The translations under genes were made by a program, and so were the position numbers. Below the pieces are notes generated by a model. That model saw only the letters and a list, made by a program, of their open reading frames with translations. It was not told the origin of the DNA and ran no database searches. DNA of 64,000 bases. It comes from Eledone cirrhosa. Its lineage: Eukaryota. Location of the stretch: contig OZ024746.1 in assembly GCA_964016885.1 (NCBI GenBank), forward strand, positions 86,180,001-86,244,000, read 5' to 3'. Shown here piece by piece: positions 41,292-53,812 of the stretch (positions are counted from its first letter, which is position 1; the number at the start of each line of letters is the position of its first letter).

Positions 41292-42972
41292 GAGTGTGCG
41301 CAAATACATACATATATATACACACACACATACAAACACACACAAACACATACATATGCATACATGCACACACACACACATATATCACATAGATACGAAG
41401 ATAAACATATAAATAGAGAGACATACAAATATATACAGAACCCATATACACATACATGCAAACACGCATATACATATATACATATATACACACATATATA
41501 TTCCTATATACAAGCATACACATACGCACACATATATACATATACCTACACATATATATACCACACATTCACATACACGTACATATATAATACATATATA
41601 TACATACACATACATACATATGTATGTACAATCATATATACACACTCAATCTTACATTCATATTTACATGCTCATATATGTATTTTTATATCTAGAAATA
41701 AATACCAAAAAAACTATATAGACACCCATCTACCCAAATTCATACATATACACTTACAAAAACAGATGATAATAGTATGGGGGAAAGGGGGGGGTTTGGA
41801 GAAGAGGATCAAAGTAAATATATGTTTCAAGAAACCTATAATATTTTCCATATCTTAATTCAATGTATGTTCTTATATATTTTCAATGCCAGGAAACACG
41901 AAATCTATGCATCACAAAATAAAAAAGTATACCATTAATCATATGTCAACTAAACCAAAGATAGTCAACATATTGATTTCCAAGGTGTAAATTAGTTAGG
42001 TTTATAATATTTGAAGCAGAATTATGAAGTCAAACAGTAGTAGATTATTAATTACATTATAACTAAATTAAAGTTAATAATAGGGAAAAGAAACCCAAAT
42101 AAAAATAAAATAAAGTATTACATCGGTAGTAGCATATAAATTATATGTTAACTAAGTTAAAAATTATATATTTATTTCAATAGTATATGTTAATTAGTAT
42201 ATGTTAATTAGGTATACAATACATAAAGCAGATATTGTATTTCATCAATAGCATAATATAATTATATGCAAATAAAAATCAAAATTAATACGCATACACA
42301 TACATATACATACACATACACATACATATACATATACATACTCATATATATATATATATATACATATATATACACACATACATACATATATAGTCACATA
42401 AATATACATACAGATACACATACAATACACACATATACATATACATATAGATATACATATCTTTTTCAAAAAATTTGCACAGAATATATTAACTAGGTAT
42501 ATATCCAAAAACACCTCCCATTCTATGATTACATGAAATTCTGCAATTCGTCTGTACAAGGATACTAATTTTAAGCAAATTAAAATTAAAATTAAAGTTT
42601 TAGGTTGATTAAAGCTAAAACCAAATAATAAATATATTTCCAAAATGTATATTAATTAGGTCAATAATACTAAAAATTCTTTCTCCGTCATAGGATACAT
42701 GATATTATTTTGTTATATTTTATCTGTAAAAGAATTATAATAAAAAAAATTTTATAATAAAAGGTTAAACTAAATTAAAAAATTATAATAAAAGGTTAAA
42801 ATAAGTTAAAATTAATCTATAAATTAAATTACTGAATATATATTAGTAATATTTAAAGGTTTTTCAAAATTAATGATTACATAATATTTTCTCATCTGTA
42901 ATAAAATATTAATTAAATTAAATTTATAGGTTAACTAACATTTAAATTAAATTAAATTCTAGAATAATGTTA

Positions 42973-45405
42973 TTAATTAGGTTTATAATATTTAAATGTT
43001 TTTTTTAGTTTATGATTACACGATATAATTAATTCCTGTCTTTTATTTAATAAGATATCCCTAGACTTCATTATTTCAAATAGTTCTTGGGAACATAATC
43101 TACATTCCTTTCTATTATTTTGATAAGGGGTGGCTCTTTTGAGCACACTCCAGGTCAAATCATATTTTATATTTTTATTTTTATAACTATTGATTTTTTC
43201 TGCTAGAGATGTTGTATTAGCCAGTGCGGCATTTTTAAAGCTATGTTTGTGGGTATTATACCTTGTCTTAAAATTGTTAGAGGTAGCTCCTATATATGAG
43301 CAAATAGAATCTTTAGTTTTAACATTACATTTATAGACTATGTTGTTAACAAGACAATTCCCTTTTAATGGGCAGTTTGTTTTGTTTCTACAGTTACATC
43401 CTTTCGTTAATTCTGTATTTGAGGAGATATTATTGTTAATTTGATGTACTGGTGGTATACTTATAGTTTTCTTACATTTATATGCATTATATGCACTTAT
43501 ATTTTGTTTTATGTTATTTGTTGTAGAATATGAGAATTTAACTGTAGACCTATTTAAGATTTGATGGTATTTGTGGTTTGGCGGGAAGTTTTTCTCAAGG
43601 ATATAAAAAAATTTTTTAGCAATATTATCCTTAACTTGTAAATTAAAAGGAGCATTATACCAAGTAACTCGTCTATTACGGTTTCTATGTTGTTTATTAT
43701 TTTTATTATTTTTATATGTTGTATCATGATTTTTACTAGGAGGAATAATGTTAATGATCTCACCACAACTATTTTTAGTTATATTTGTAGATTTAGGTGT
43801 TTTATCTTTTTTATTAGGAGTTTTATTATTAATATTTATTATAGTCTTATGATGAGTAGTTTTTTGAGGGTTACTATACTTTATATTAGAAGATTTAGTA
43901 TTTTGGGGTATACTGTGGGTGGCATTTAGGTGTGTACCTTTCATTTGGTGTTTGTTGGTAATATTATGCTGTATGTTTTCAGTATTTTTAGTAGAAGTTA
44001 TATACTCTAATCTATTTTTGTGGCCACTTCTATCTAGAGCTTCATTATAAAAGGTCGCATTTTTATCAAATACATCTTGGTTAGAAGAAAGGTTAGAAAT
44101 TCTAAGTGATATATTATATGCAAGGTTTTTAAGGATAGATTTAGGGTGATTAGATTGTGAGTGTATGTAATGTAAGTTTTGGTTAGGTTTATGGTAAGGT
44201 TGGTATATACCCGTAGCTAAATCTAAAGTTATATCTAGGAAATTTACTACTTTACTTGTTTTTTCAAAAGTAATATTAAGATTATAATAGTCCTTAAGGA
44301 AAGTTCTAATATGCTTTTTGTTTTTTTCGATTTCTGAAAGGCTAAGGTTGTTAGAAAGAAGAAGACAGTCATCACGATATAAACCACCTTTGAGGTGGGG
44401 AAAAGAGGCATTTATGTTGAAAAGGAGAAAGAGGCCCACAAGATCAGTAATTTGGGCAGAATCGCTTGAACCCATAGTAATATCAAAAAGATTACTATAA
44501 GTGTTTCTGGTCCAGTATTCATTCTGAAATTCAATAAGTGTTTGTCTAGCATGTGTAATAATGTTAATGTCATCCGAAGTTAAATTAGATCTATTTTTAG
44601 CAAATATTAATGCTTTGTTCAGGAGTATGGGTGATATAGAAGAATAATAGTTATCTATATCAAACTGTAGGAAGGAAGCAGAAGATTTACACCTAATATT
44701 TTTAAACCAATTAATTACCTGGGAGGTGTTTTCCCAGAGTGGTAAAATAACGTATTTTCTTATTTGTGGGATGACTCTATCTAAAATTTTTTTGCTAATT
44801 ATTCCAATATCTGATTTGGAGGGACATATAAGTCTAATAGAAGGATTAGAGTTAAAGTTAGATTTGTGATCTTTCAGGTTGAAGTGTGGACTTCTCAATG
44901 CCAAAGGTTCAGTTCTATCTTCAATATTTAGTTTTTTTACTATGTTGTGTGTTTTGTTGTTGATATTGGTGAGTGACGCATTATTAGATTTTTTATAACT
45001 TTTTCTGAGTTCTTTATATATGAACTCATTATAATGTTCAATATCCATATGATACAAGTTACCAGTTTTGTCCGAGTGGACATGGATTTTTTTAGACTTT
45101 TTTAGGTCCAATAGGGTAGAATCAAGGTCCTTTTGAAAGACGGATTTATACTTTTTAAATTTGAGATGTTTAATTAAATTAAAAAGGTCTTTCTCGAAGT
45201 CTTCAAGTAAAAAGTTGTGTGGTGGATTCTTGTAAGTGTTGAAATCATACATATATTTCCGATCTGCTTGTTTAGATTTTCTATCAAAGTGGTAGGCTCT
45301 CCATCTAACCCTTCTGATAAAATTATTAGTTTTCTGAATCATAAGGAGTAAGAAGTCGTCCTTAGAAGGTATTGGTATGTTTTTTAAGGAGGTTCCTAAA
45401 TATTG
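42973..45405 (-). CDS. Inverted copy of the PLE RT-GIY-YIG ORF lacking the first codons (next Met gives 789 aa)
   Basis: Identical translation to the + copy; the native ATG lies in the spacer and is not duplicated. Confidence 0.85.
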   Translation of the reverse strand, partial: QYLGTSLKNIPIPSKDDFLLLMIQKTNNFIRRVRWRAYHFDRKSKQADRKYMYDFNTYKNPPHNFLLEDFEKDLFNLIKHLKFKKYKSVFQKDLDSTLLDLKKSKKIHVHSDKTGNLYHMDIEHYNEFIYKELRKSYKKSNNASLTNINNKTHNIVKKLNIEDRTEPLALRSPHFNLKDHKSNFNSNPSIRLICPSKSDIGIISKKILDRVIPQIRKYVILPLWENTSQVINWFKNIRCKSSASFLQFDIDNYYSSISPILLNKALIFAKNRSNLTSDDINIITHARQTLIEFQNEYWTRNTYSNLFDITMGSSDSAQITDLVGLFLLFNINASFPHLKGGLYRDDCLLLSNNLSLSEIEKNKKHIRTFLKDYYNLNITFEKTSKVVNFLDITLDLATGIYQPYHKPNQNLHYIHSQSNHPKSILKNLAYNISLRISNLSSNQDVFDKNATFYNEALDRSGHKNRLEYITSTKNTENIQHNITNKHQMKGTHLNATHSIPQNTKSSNIKYSNPQKTTHHKTIININNKTPNKKDKTPKSTNITKNSCGEIINIIPPSKNHDTTYKNNKNNKQHRNRNRRVTWYNAPFNLQVKDNIAKKFFYILEKNFPPNHKYHQILNRSTVKFSYSTTNNIKQNISAYNAYKCKKTISIPPVHQINNNISSNTELTKGCNCRNKTNCPLKGNCLVNNIVYKCNVKTKDSICSYIGATSNNFKTRYNTHKHSFKNAALANTTSLAEKINSYKNKNIKYDLTWSVLKRATPYQNNRKECRLCSQELFEIMKSRDILLNKRQELIISCNHKLKKTFKYYKPN

Positions 45406-45437
45406 AGCTCTTTCAATTGTCCATCATCCATATCACA

Positions 45438-47879
45438 ATGGAAAAACAATATTTAGGAACCTCCTTAAAAAACATACCAATACCTTCTAAGGACGACTTC
45501 TTACTCCTTATGATTCAGAAAACTAATAATTTTATCAGAAGGGTTAGATGGAGAGCCTACCACTTTGATAGAAAATCTAAACAAGCAGATCGGAAATATA
45601 TGTATGATTTCAACACTTACAAGAATCCACCACACAACTTTTTACTTGAAGACTTCGAGAAAGACCTTTTTAATTTAATTAAACATCTCAAATTTAAAAA
45701 GTATAAATCCGTCTTTCAAAAGGACCTTGATTCTACCCTATTGGACCTAAAAAAGTCTAAAAAAATCCATGTCCACTCGGACAAAACTGGTAACTTGTAT
45801 CATATGGATATTGAACATTATAATGAGTTCATATATAAAGAACTCAGAAAAAGTTATAAAAAATCTAATAATGCGTCACTCACCAATATCAACAACAAAA
45901 CACACAACATAGTAAAAAAACTAAATATTGAAGATAGAACTGAACCTTTGGCATTGAGAAGTCCACACTTCAACCTGAAAGATCACAAATCTAACTTTAA
46001 CTCTAATCCTTCTATTAGACTTATATGTCCCTCCAAATCAGATATTGGAATAATTAGCAAAAAAATTTTAGATAGAGTCATCCCACAAATAAGAAAATAC
46101 GTTATTTTACCACTCTGGGAAAACACCTCCCAGGTAATTAATTGGTTTAAAAATATTAGGTGTAAATCTTCTGCTTCCTTCCTACAGTTTGATATAGATA
46201 ACTATTATTCTTCTATATCACCCATACTCCTGAACAAAGCATTAATATTTGCTAAAAATAGATCTAATTTAACTTCGGATGACATTAACATTATTACACA
46301 TGCTAGACAAACACTTATTGAATTTCAGAATGAATACTGGACCAGAAACACTTATAGTAATCTTTTTGATATTACTATGGGTTCAAGCGATTCTGCCCAA
46401 ATTACTGATCTTGTGGGCCTCTTTCTCCTTTTCAACATAAATGCCTCTTTTCCCCACCTCAAAGGTGGTTTATATCGTGATGACTGTCTTCTTCTTTCTA
46501 ACAACCTTAGCCTTTCAGAAATCGAAAAAAACAAAAAGCATATTAGAACTTTCCTTAAGGACTATTATAATCTTAATATTACTTTTGAAAAAACAAGTAA
46601 AGTAGTAAATTTCCTAGATATAACTTTAGATTTAGCTACGGGTATATACCAACCTTACCATAAACCTAACCAAAACTTACATTACATACACTCACAATCT
46701 AATCACCCTAAATCTATCCTTAAAAACCTTGCATATAATATATCACTTAGAATTTCTAACCTTTCTTCTAACCAAGATGTATTTGATAAAAATGCGACCT
46801 TTTATAATGAAGCTCTAGATAGAAGTGGCCACAAAAATAGATTAGAGTATATAACTTCTACTAAAAATACTGAAAACATACAGCATAATATTACCAACAA
46901 ACACCAAATGAAAGGTACACACCTAAATGCCACCCACAGTATACCCCAAAATACTAAATCTTCTAATATAAAGTATAGTAACCCTCAAAAAACTACTCAT
47001 CATAAGACTATAATAAATATTAATAATAAAACTCCTAATAAAAAAGATAAAACACCTAAATCTACAAATATAACTAAAAATAGTTGTGGTGAGATCATTA
47101 ACATTATTCCTCCTAGTAAAAATCATGATACAACATATAAAAATAATAAAAATAATAAACAACATAGAAACCGTAATAGACGAGTTACTTGGTATAATGC
47201 TCCTTTTAATTTACAAGTTAAGGATAATATTGCTAAAAAATTTTTTTATATCCTTGAGAAAAACTTCCCGCCAAACCACAAATACCATCAAATCTTAAAT
47301 AGGTCTACAGTTAAATTCTCATATTCTACAACAAATAACATAAAACAAAATATAAGTGCATATAATGCATATAAATGTAAGAAAACTATAAGTATACCAC
47401 CAGTACATCAAATTAACAATAATATCTCCTCAAATACAGAATTAACGAAAGGATGTAACTGTAGAAACAAAACAAACTGCCCATTAAAAGGGAATTGTCT
47501 TGTTAACAACATAGTCTATAAATGTAATGTTAAAACTAAAGATTCTATTTGCTCATATATAGGAGCTACCTCTAACAATTTTAAGACAAGGTATAATACC
47601 CACAAACATAGCTTTAAAAATGCCGCACTGGCTAATACAACATCTCTAGCAGAAAAAATCAATAGTTATAAAAATAAAAATATAAAATATGATTTGACCT
47701 GGAGTGTGCTCAAAAGAGCCACCCCTTATCAAAATAATAGAAAGGAATGTAGATTATGTTCCCAAGAACTATTTGAAATAATGAAGTCTAGGGATATCTT
47801 ATTAAATAAAAGACAGGAATTAATTATATCGTGTAATCATAAACTAAAAAAAACATTTAAATATTATAAACCTAATTAA
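45438..47879 (+). CDS. Penelope-like (Naiad-type) reverse transcriptase with C-terminal GIY-YIG endonuclease, 813 aa
   Basis: SLKNIPIPS, SDKTGN, QFDIDNYY, ITMGS, LYRDD, FLDITL, SNHP, WYNAPF, CNCR..CPL.GNCL, IVY..SYIG, FKTRYNTHK, CRLCSQE; no internal stops. Confidence 0.93.
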   Translation: MEKQYLGTSLKNIPIPSKDDFLLLMIQKTNNFIRRVRWRAYHFDRKSKQADRKYMYDFNTYKNPPHNFLLEDFEKDLFNLIKHLKFKKYKSVFQKDLDSTLLDLKKSKKIHVHSDKTGNLYHMDIEHYNEFIYKELRKSYKKSNNASLTNINNKTHNIVKKLNIEDRTEPLALRSPHFNLKDHKSNFNSNPSIRLICPSKSDIGIISKKILDRVIPQIRKYVILPLWENTSQVINWFKNIRCKSSASFLQFDIDNYYSSISPILLNKALIFAKNRSNLTSDDINIITHARQTLIEFQNEYWTRNTYSNLFDITMGSSDSAQITDLVGLFLLFNINASFPHLKGGLYRDDCLLLSNNLSLSEIEKNKKHIRTFLKDYYNLNITFEKTSKVVNFLDITLDLATGIYQPYHKPNQNLHYIHSQSNHPKSILKNLAYNISLRISNLSSNQDVFDKNATFYNEALDRSGHKNRLEYITSTKNTENIQHNITNKHQMKGTHLNATHSIPQNTKSSNIKYSNPQKTTHHKTIININNKTPNKKDKTPKSTNITKNSCGEIINIIPPSKNHDTTYKNNKNNKQHRNRNRRVTWYNAPFNLQVKDNIAKKFFYILEKNFPPNHKYHQILNRSTVKFSYSTTNNIKQNISAYNAYKCKKTISIPPVHQINNNISSNTELTKGCNCRNKTNCPLKGNCLVNNIVYKCNVKTKDSICSYIGATSNNFKTRYNTHKHSFKNAALANTTSLAEKINSYKNKNIKYDLTWSVLKRATPYQNNRKECRLCSQELFEIMKSRDILLNKRQELIISCNHKLKKTFKYYKPN

Positions 47880-49560
47880 TAACATTATTCTAGAATTTAA
47901 TTTAATTTAAATGTTAGTTAACCTATAAATTTAATTTAATTAATATTTTATTACAGATGAGAAAATATTATGTAATCATTAATTTTGAAAAACCTTTAAA
48001 TATTACTAATATATATTCAGTAATTTAATTTATAGATTAATTTTAACTTATTTTAACCTTTTATTATAATTTTTTAATTTAGTTTAACCTTTTATTATAA
48101 AATTTTTTTTATTATAATTCTTTTACAGATAAAATATAACAAAATAATATCATGTATCCTATGACGGAGAAAGAATTTTTAGTATTATTGACCTAATTAA
48201 TATACATTTTGGAAATATATTTATTATTTGGTTTTAGCTTTAATCAACCTAAAACTTTAATTTTAATTTTAATTTGCTTAAAATTAGTATCCTTGTACAG
48301 ACGAATTGCAGAATTTCATGTAATCATAGAATGGGAGGTGTTTTTGGATATATACCTAGTTAATATATTCTGTGCAAATTTTTTGAAAAAGATATGTATA
48401 TCTATATGTATATGTATATGTGTGTATTGTATGTGTATCTGTATGTATATTTATGTGACTATATATGTATGTATGTGTGTATATATATGTATATATATAT
48501 ATATATATGAGTATGTATATGTATATGTATGTGTATGTGTATGTATATGTATGTGTATGCGTATTAATTTTGATTTTTATTTGCATATAATTATATTATG
48601 CTATTGATGAAATACAATATCTGCTTTATGTATTGTATACCTAATTAACATATACTAATTAACATATACTATTGAAATAAATATATAATTTTTAACTTAG
48701 TTAACATATAATTTATATGCTACTACCGATGTAATACTTTATTTTATTTTTATTTGGGTTTCTTTTCCCTATTATTAACTTTAATTTAGTTATAATGTAA
48801 TTAATAATCTACTACTGTTTGACTTCATAATTCTGCTTCAAATATTATAAACCTAACTAATTTACACCTTGGAAATCAATATGTTGACTATCTTTGGTTT
48901 AGTTGACATATGATTAATGGTATACTTTTTTATTTTGTGATGCATAGATTTCGTGTTTCCTGGCATTGAAAATATATAAGAACATACATTGAATTAAGAT
49001 ATGGAAAATATTATAGGTTTCTTGAAACATATATTTACTTTGATCCTCTTCTCCAAACCCCCCCCTTTCCCCCATACTATTATCATCTGTTTTTGTAAGT
49101 GTATATGTATGAATTTGGGTAGATGGGTGTCTATATAGTTTTTTTGGTATTTATTTCTAGATATAAAAATACATATATGAGCATGTAAATATGAATGTAA
49201 GATTGAGTGTGTATATATGATTGTACATACATATGTATGTATGTGTATGTATATATATGTATTATATATGTACGTGTATGTGAATGTGTGGTATATATAT
49301 GTGTAGGTATATGTATATATGTGTGCGTATGTGTATGCTTGTATATAGGAATATATATGTGTGTATATATGTATATATGTATATGCGTGTTTGCATGTAT
49401 GTGTATATGGGTTCTGTATATATTTGTATGTCTCTCTATTTATATGTTTATCTTCGTATCTATGTGATATATGTGTGTGTGTGTGCATGTATGCATATGT
49501 ATGTGTTTGTGTGTGTTTGTATGTGTGTGTGTATATATATGTATGTATTTGCGCACACTC

Positions 49561-49600
<40 letters not shown>

Positions 49601-49688
49601 GAGTGTGTATGTGTGTCTGTATGTGTGTGCGTGTGTATATATGTGTTTATATATATATATGTGTATGTATGTGTATGTGTGTGTATAT

Positions 49689-49732
<44 letters not shown>

Positions 49733-49871
49733 ATATAGGTGTCTATGTGTGAATATATGTCTTTATTCGTATGTGTGTATTTATATATGTTTATATTTAG
49801 GTGTATGTATGTATGTGTATGTATGTATGTATATGTATGTGTATGTATGTATATGTGTATATGTGTGTATA

Positions 49872-49902
<31 letters not shown>

Positions 49903-49998
49903 TATTCTTTATTATTATTGTAATATAACTTATGTGTATATGTGTATAAGTGAGGTTGTGTATGTATATATACTATGTGTATATATAAGGGTAATGAA

Positions 49999-50029
<31 letters not shown>

Positions 50030-50126
50030 CATGTCTGTATTTTATGTGTGTGTGTATATATATATATATGTGTATGTGTGTATATATGTATGTATATATG
50101 CATATATGTGTACGTGTGTGTATGTT

Positions 50127-50168
<42 letters not shown>

Positions 50169-50285
50169 CATCTGGATGTTTGTATGTGTTTTCATGGTGG
50201 TATGAGTGTGGGATATATATATGTTTATGTATAAGTATATGTATGTGTATGTATATATATATGAGTCTATGTGTGTGTGTGTATA

Positions 50286-50334
<49 letters not shown>

Positions 50335-51111
50335 ATGTGTGTATGTGTTGCGCGTGTGTGTGTCCGTATTTTTATCTTTTTATATGTGTATGTGTATGTT
50401 CGTGTAAATGTATGTGTGTGTATGACAGTATAGGTATGTGTGTATGTATGTATGTGTAGATATCTCTATGTGCGCGTACATGTACGTATGTGTATGTATA
50501 TCTGTATGCGTATGTACATTATATTATATGTAATATATTTTATTGTTTTTATTTTTTTATTTTTATTTTTCATAATTTATAGATACATTTATATTAGGCT
50601 GTCTGTCTGACAACCTAATACTGAACCCTCCCCCCCCCTCCCACCTAATTTCTGTATCTTGATCTTGAAATGGTTGTACCAGTGTGTTTATGTGAGTGAC
50701 TTAATTTCTATTTGCTTATGATTTTATATCCACATATATAAATGTGAGTGGGGGGTGTGTGTGTGTTTGTGTGTTCGTGGTTATGTGTATATTTTTTATA
50801 TATATACGCACATGTATGTGTGATTATACTGATATGTGTGAGTATGAAAAAAATATATTTATATGCTTGACTACATAAGTATCATTGCGTTTCTTATCAG
50901 CGCATTAAGCTTACAGAGATATTAACCTTGAAATTTTTTATTTGCATCCATCTTTTTAGTATGCACATACATATTATACACACATTATTGTAAAATGTGT
51001 GTAGGGTTTTACATGTATATACACACACCAAACTGTTTTTTAACCCTTTGTGTTTTCATTGGTCAATTTTGAACTGATATTTTGAATTGTTGTTATTATC
51101 AATAAATATAC

Positions 51112-51266
51112 TTCATTATTTCTGAAGACGGCGTATATATGTGTTAGGTATGTATATTTAATCTTGATAATTTGTATAATTTTGTATAATTTTGTACATA
51201 GATCTGTTAAATATGCATACCAATTATAGCACATATATACCCTAGAAACGATCGTTAAATAGTGAA
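51112..51266 (+). ncRNA. Type I hammerhead ribozyme with 116-nt stem II
   Basis: TTCATTATTT-CTGAAGA-[GTATATATGTGTT/AGCACATATATAC and GGTATGTATATTTAA/TTAAATATGCATACC helices]-GAAA-C(GATC)G-TT-AAATAGTGAA. Confidence 0.75.
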
Positions 51267-51451
51267 CTTTTTTTGTTTAATATAAGGAATTGTTTGTTCA
51301 TTATTTGTTTAATATTTTATCTTGACTCTGTATACCGTTTATCTTTCACCGAAATTGGATTTTCATTACATCTCTTCTTTCCATGATATCCGGAATACAT
51401 TGAGTTCTTCATACGGATTGGACACTACCGTAAACTCTTGGTAGATTTATC

Positions 51452-51508
<57 letters not shown>

Positions 51509-52641
51509 CCATATATATATATGATCATATATCAAAGGATTATATCTCCTTTAAAAATATACCCATCTTTCTACCTTATTTCAATATTATTTATTATATA
51601 TTATATAATACAAGTTACTCATTCTATATCATTCCTCTTTATCACTTTCCTTTCTTCTTCTTTTCTTTTTAATTTCTAACCTCTAATCTGTACTTTTTCT
51701 TCCTAACTACTTCTCAATTCTTATTATTACTCACCACAACATTATCCATTCTTCCATCTTTCCTCATATCATTGGCCATAAATTTTTTTTTTTTAATACA
51801 TTATAGTATTACCTTTAATAGTCCTTCATAAACATAAACATTTTTTTTGACGTTAGATTTTTCTTCCTTAAATTTCTCTTATCTCATCCTTTCATGCTCG
51901 TTTGACTTTTACATATTACAATACATAAAAACAAACTTAAACCCTAACTAATTTCTGTTAATATATTATATTATTACCATTAGAAAATATTTCGTAAACA
52001 TATATATTTTTTGATGTTAGATATTTTCTTCCTTAAACATTATTGACTTCTTTGCTTTCTGCGCTCAATTTTAAACAAACTATATACGTACACATATTAC
52101 GCACAGATATTACATTACATAAAAATAAATTTAAACCCTAACTAATTCCTCTAAATTCATAACTCATTCATTCTTCTCCTTCTTTTCACATTATATCCTT
52201 AATAACATTAATATTTTTATTTTAATAATACATATTAATAATTTCTTTTCCTCGCACATATTATTAAACCCTTCAATATACAAACCTTAATTTAATATTA
52301 TTCTTAATTCCTTTTTCTCTTCATGCATAAACCTCATTAACTTTTAATTTCAAATTCTTTTAAATTATCTATTATCTTCCAACGGCTTTTTAACTTCTCT
52401 CTGTGAGACAATATATTTTTTTTTCTCAGTTGTAAAGGCTATCTCTCTCTCTCTATCACCCATCTCTCCTCCTCTCTCATCCTTCCTTCTTATACTCATC
52501 CCCCACCATTTTTACTCTCATCTCCTCCTCTTCCTTACCTTTTCATCCCCCCCCCTCACTTTTTCCCAATCTCTTACATCAATCTTAAATTATTTTTCAT
52601 ATGTTGATTTAAAACTTCACTATTCACAAGTGTTTTTTAAG

Positions 52642-52681
<40 letters not shown>

Positions 52682-52685
<4 letters not shown>

Positions 52686-53040
52686 AAATGAAAATCGAAG
52701 GCACGGTAAAATTTCCAATCATTTTAATCACGACACGTTTCAACAAGAGATAGATCGATCGTGAAGCCATGATCAATTATTACTGATCTCATCAGGTGAA
52801 AATGAATTGTCTTCAAATTCTTGATATGAGGGGGAAAATTAGTAATGTTCACTCACAGAGTTTATTCTTTCATGATTGGAAATTTTACCTTGCCTTCGGA
52901 TTTTCATTTTGATACTAATACTCCGTTTTACTTCATCTAGCTGCTCCCTTGAATGGAATTGGAGATATACAAAAGCGTGGAGAACTTAATATTGCTAACA
53001 AAAATTTATTGGACCGTTTTACACAACCAATAATACACCT
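52682..53040 (+). mobile_element. Fold-back with tail; hammerhead candidate at 52728-52799 on the minus strand
   Basis: 52682-52722 mirrors 52872-52913; minus strand TCAC-CTGATGA-GATCAG..CTTGTT-GAAA-CGTG-TC-GTGA. Confidence 0.6.
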
Positions 53041-53064
53041 TATTATATAACAACTACATATATA

Positions 53065-53180
53065 TAGTAATAATAATAAATTTGAAGACTAAAATCCAAA
53101 GAGGGCTGGCTCGATAAGGATAAATATATATCAAATATATAAGAACCGTAGAGCAAATATTTATTATAATCTGTTATTTT

Positions 53181-53187
<7 letters not shown>
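53065..53187 (-). mobile_element. Tail fragment of the CAGAAGA family
   Basis: Matches 19183-19292. Confidence 0.7.
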
Positions 53188-53229
<42 letters not shown>

Positions 53230-53270
53230 TTTAAATAAATTAAAAAAAGTTTACTGTACTTACTATATTT

Positions 53271-53354
53271 ACCCTTACCACGCGGTTTCAAGTCTCAAAA
53301 TAAATGGATAATCCATGCGGAACAACATTGAGAAGGAGACTTTCGTCAGAGGGT
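53271..53354 (-). ncRNA. Hammerhead ribozyme, same family as 30480-30563 (partial third copy 53683-53782)
   Basis: ACCCT-CTGACGA-AAGTCT..AGACTT-GAAA-CCGCGTGG-TA-AGGGT; third copy has palindromic ACCGCGCGGT. Confidence 0.8.
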
Positions 53355-53781
53355 TCTTCTCACTCGGAGAATATAAAATTCCCGAGTTCAAATCACGAAC
53401 TGGCGCCATACAGAACTGTTCCCGGATGAGAGTGTATGATAAAGAAACAATCTTGTCTTGTGCCGTGTGTAAAGATAGAAGGCAAGGGCGGAAAGGTCAA
53501 TGTCCTGTCACTAGAAATATCAGCAGTTAAAACGACCAAAATGTTATCTCGACCTTAGGGGAGATTAATAATAATAAAGTATGTTTTCCTATGTTCAAAA
53601 AATGCATATAGGGACACATGTATTATCCAACCGTATGCCAATGTGGTTCTATCGCAGGTTAATAAATTAACGAGCCAGAACATATAATCAAGGTTTAGCA
53701 AATAGAGAAAAAGTTTTAAAATAAATTTTAAAAAGTTTACTCTACTTACTATATTTACCCTTACCGCGCGGTTTCCAGTCT

Positions 53782-53812
<31 letters not shown>

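Larger units (their letters stand above)
39532..51455 (+). mobile_element. Naiad-type Penelope-like retroelement as a giant palindrome (5874-bp arms, 41-bp spacer, 3' tail 51321-51455)
   Basis: Mirrored positions sum to 90852 throughout and the ORF track is exactly mirrored; RT + GIY-YIG ORF; hammerhead near each outer end; (TA)n on both sides. Confidence 0.92.

Noticed and set aside
45372-45437. N-terminal extension in the 835-aa ORF call
   Set aside because: It starts at a non-ATG codon inside the inverted arm; ATG 45438 precedes the conserved KNIP motif
45438-47879. Selenocysteine recoding as reported for some Naiad elements
   Set aside because: The ORF is open without in-frame TGA and ends in TAA
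39532-51320. DNA transposon or Polinton with giant TIRs
   Set aside because: The arms themselves encode RT + GIY-YIG; no transposase and only a 41-bp interior
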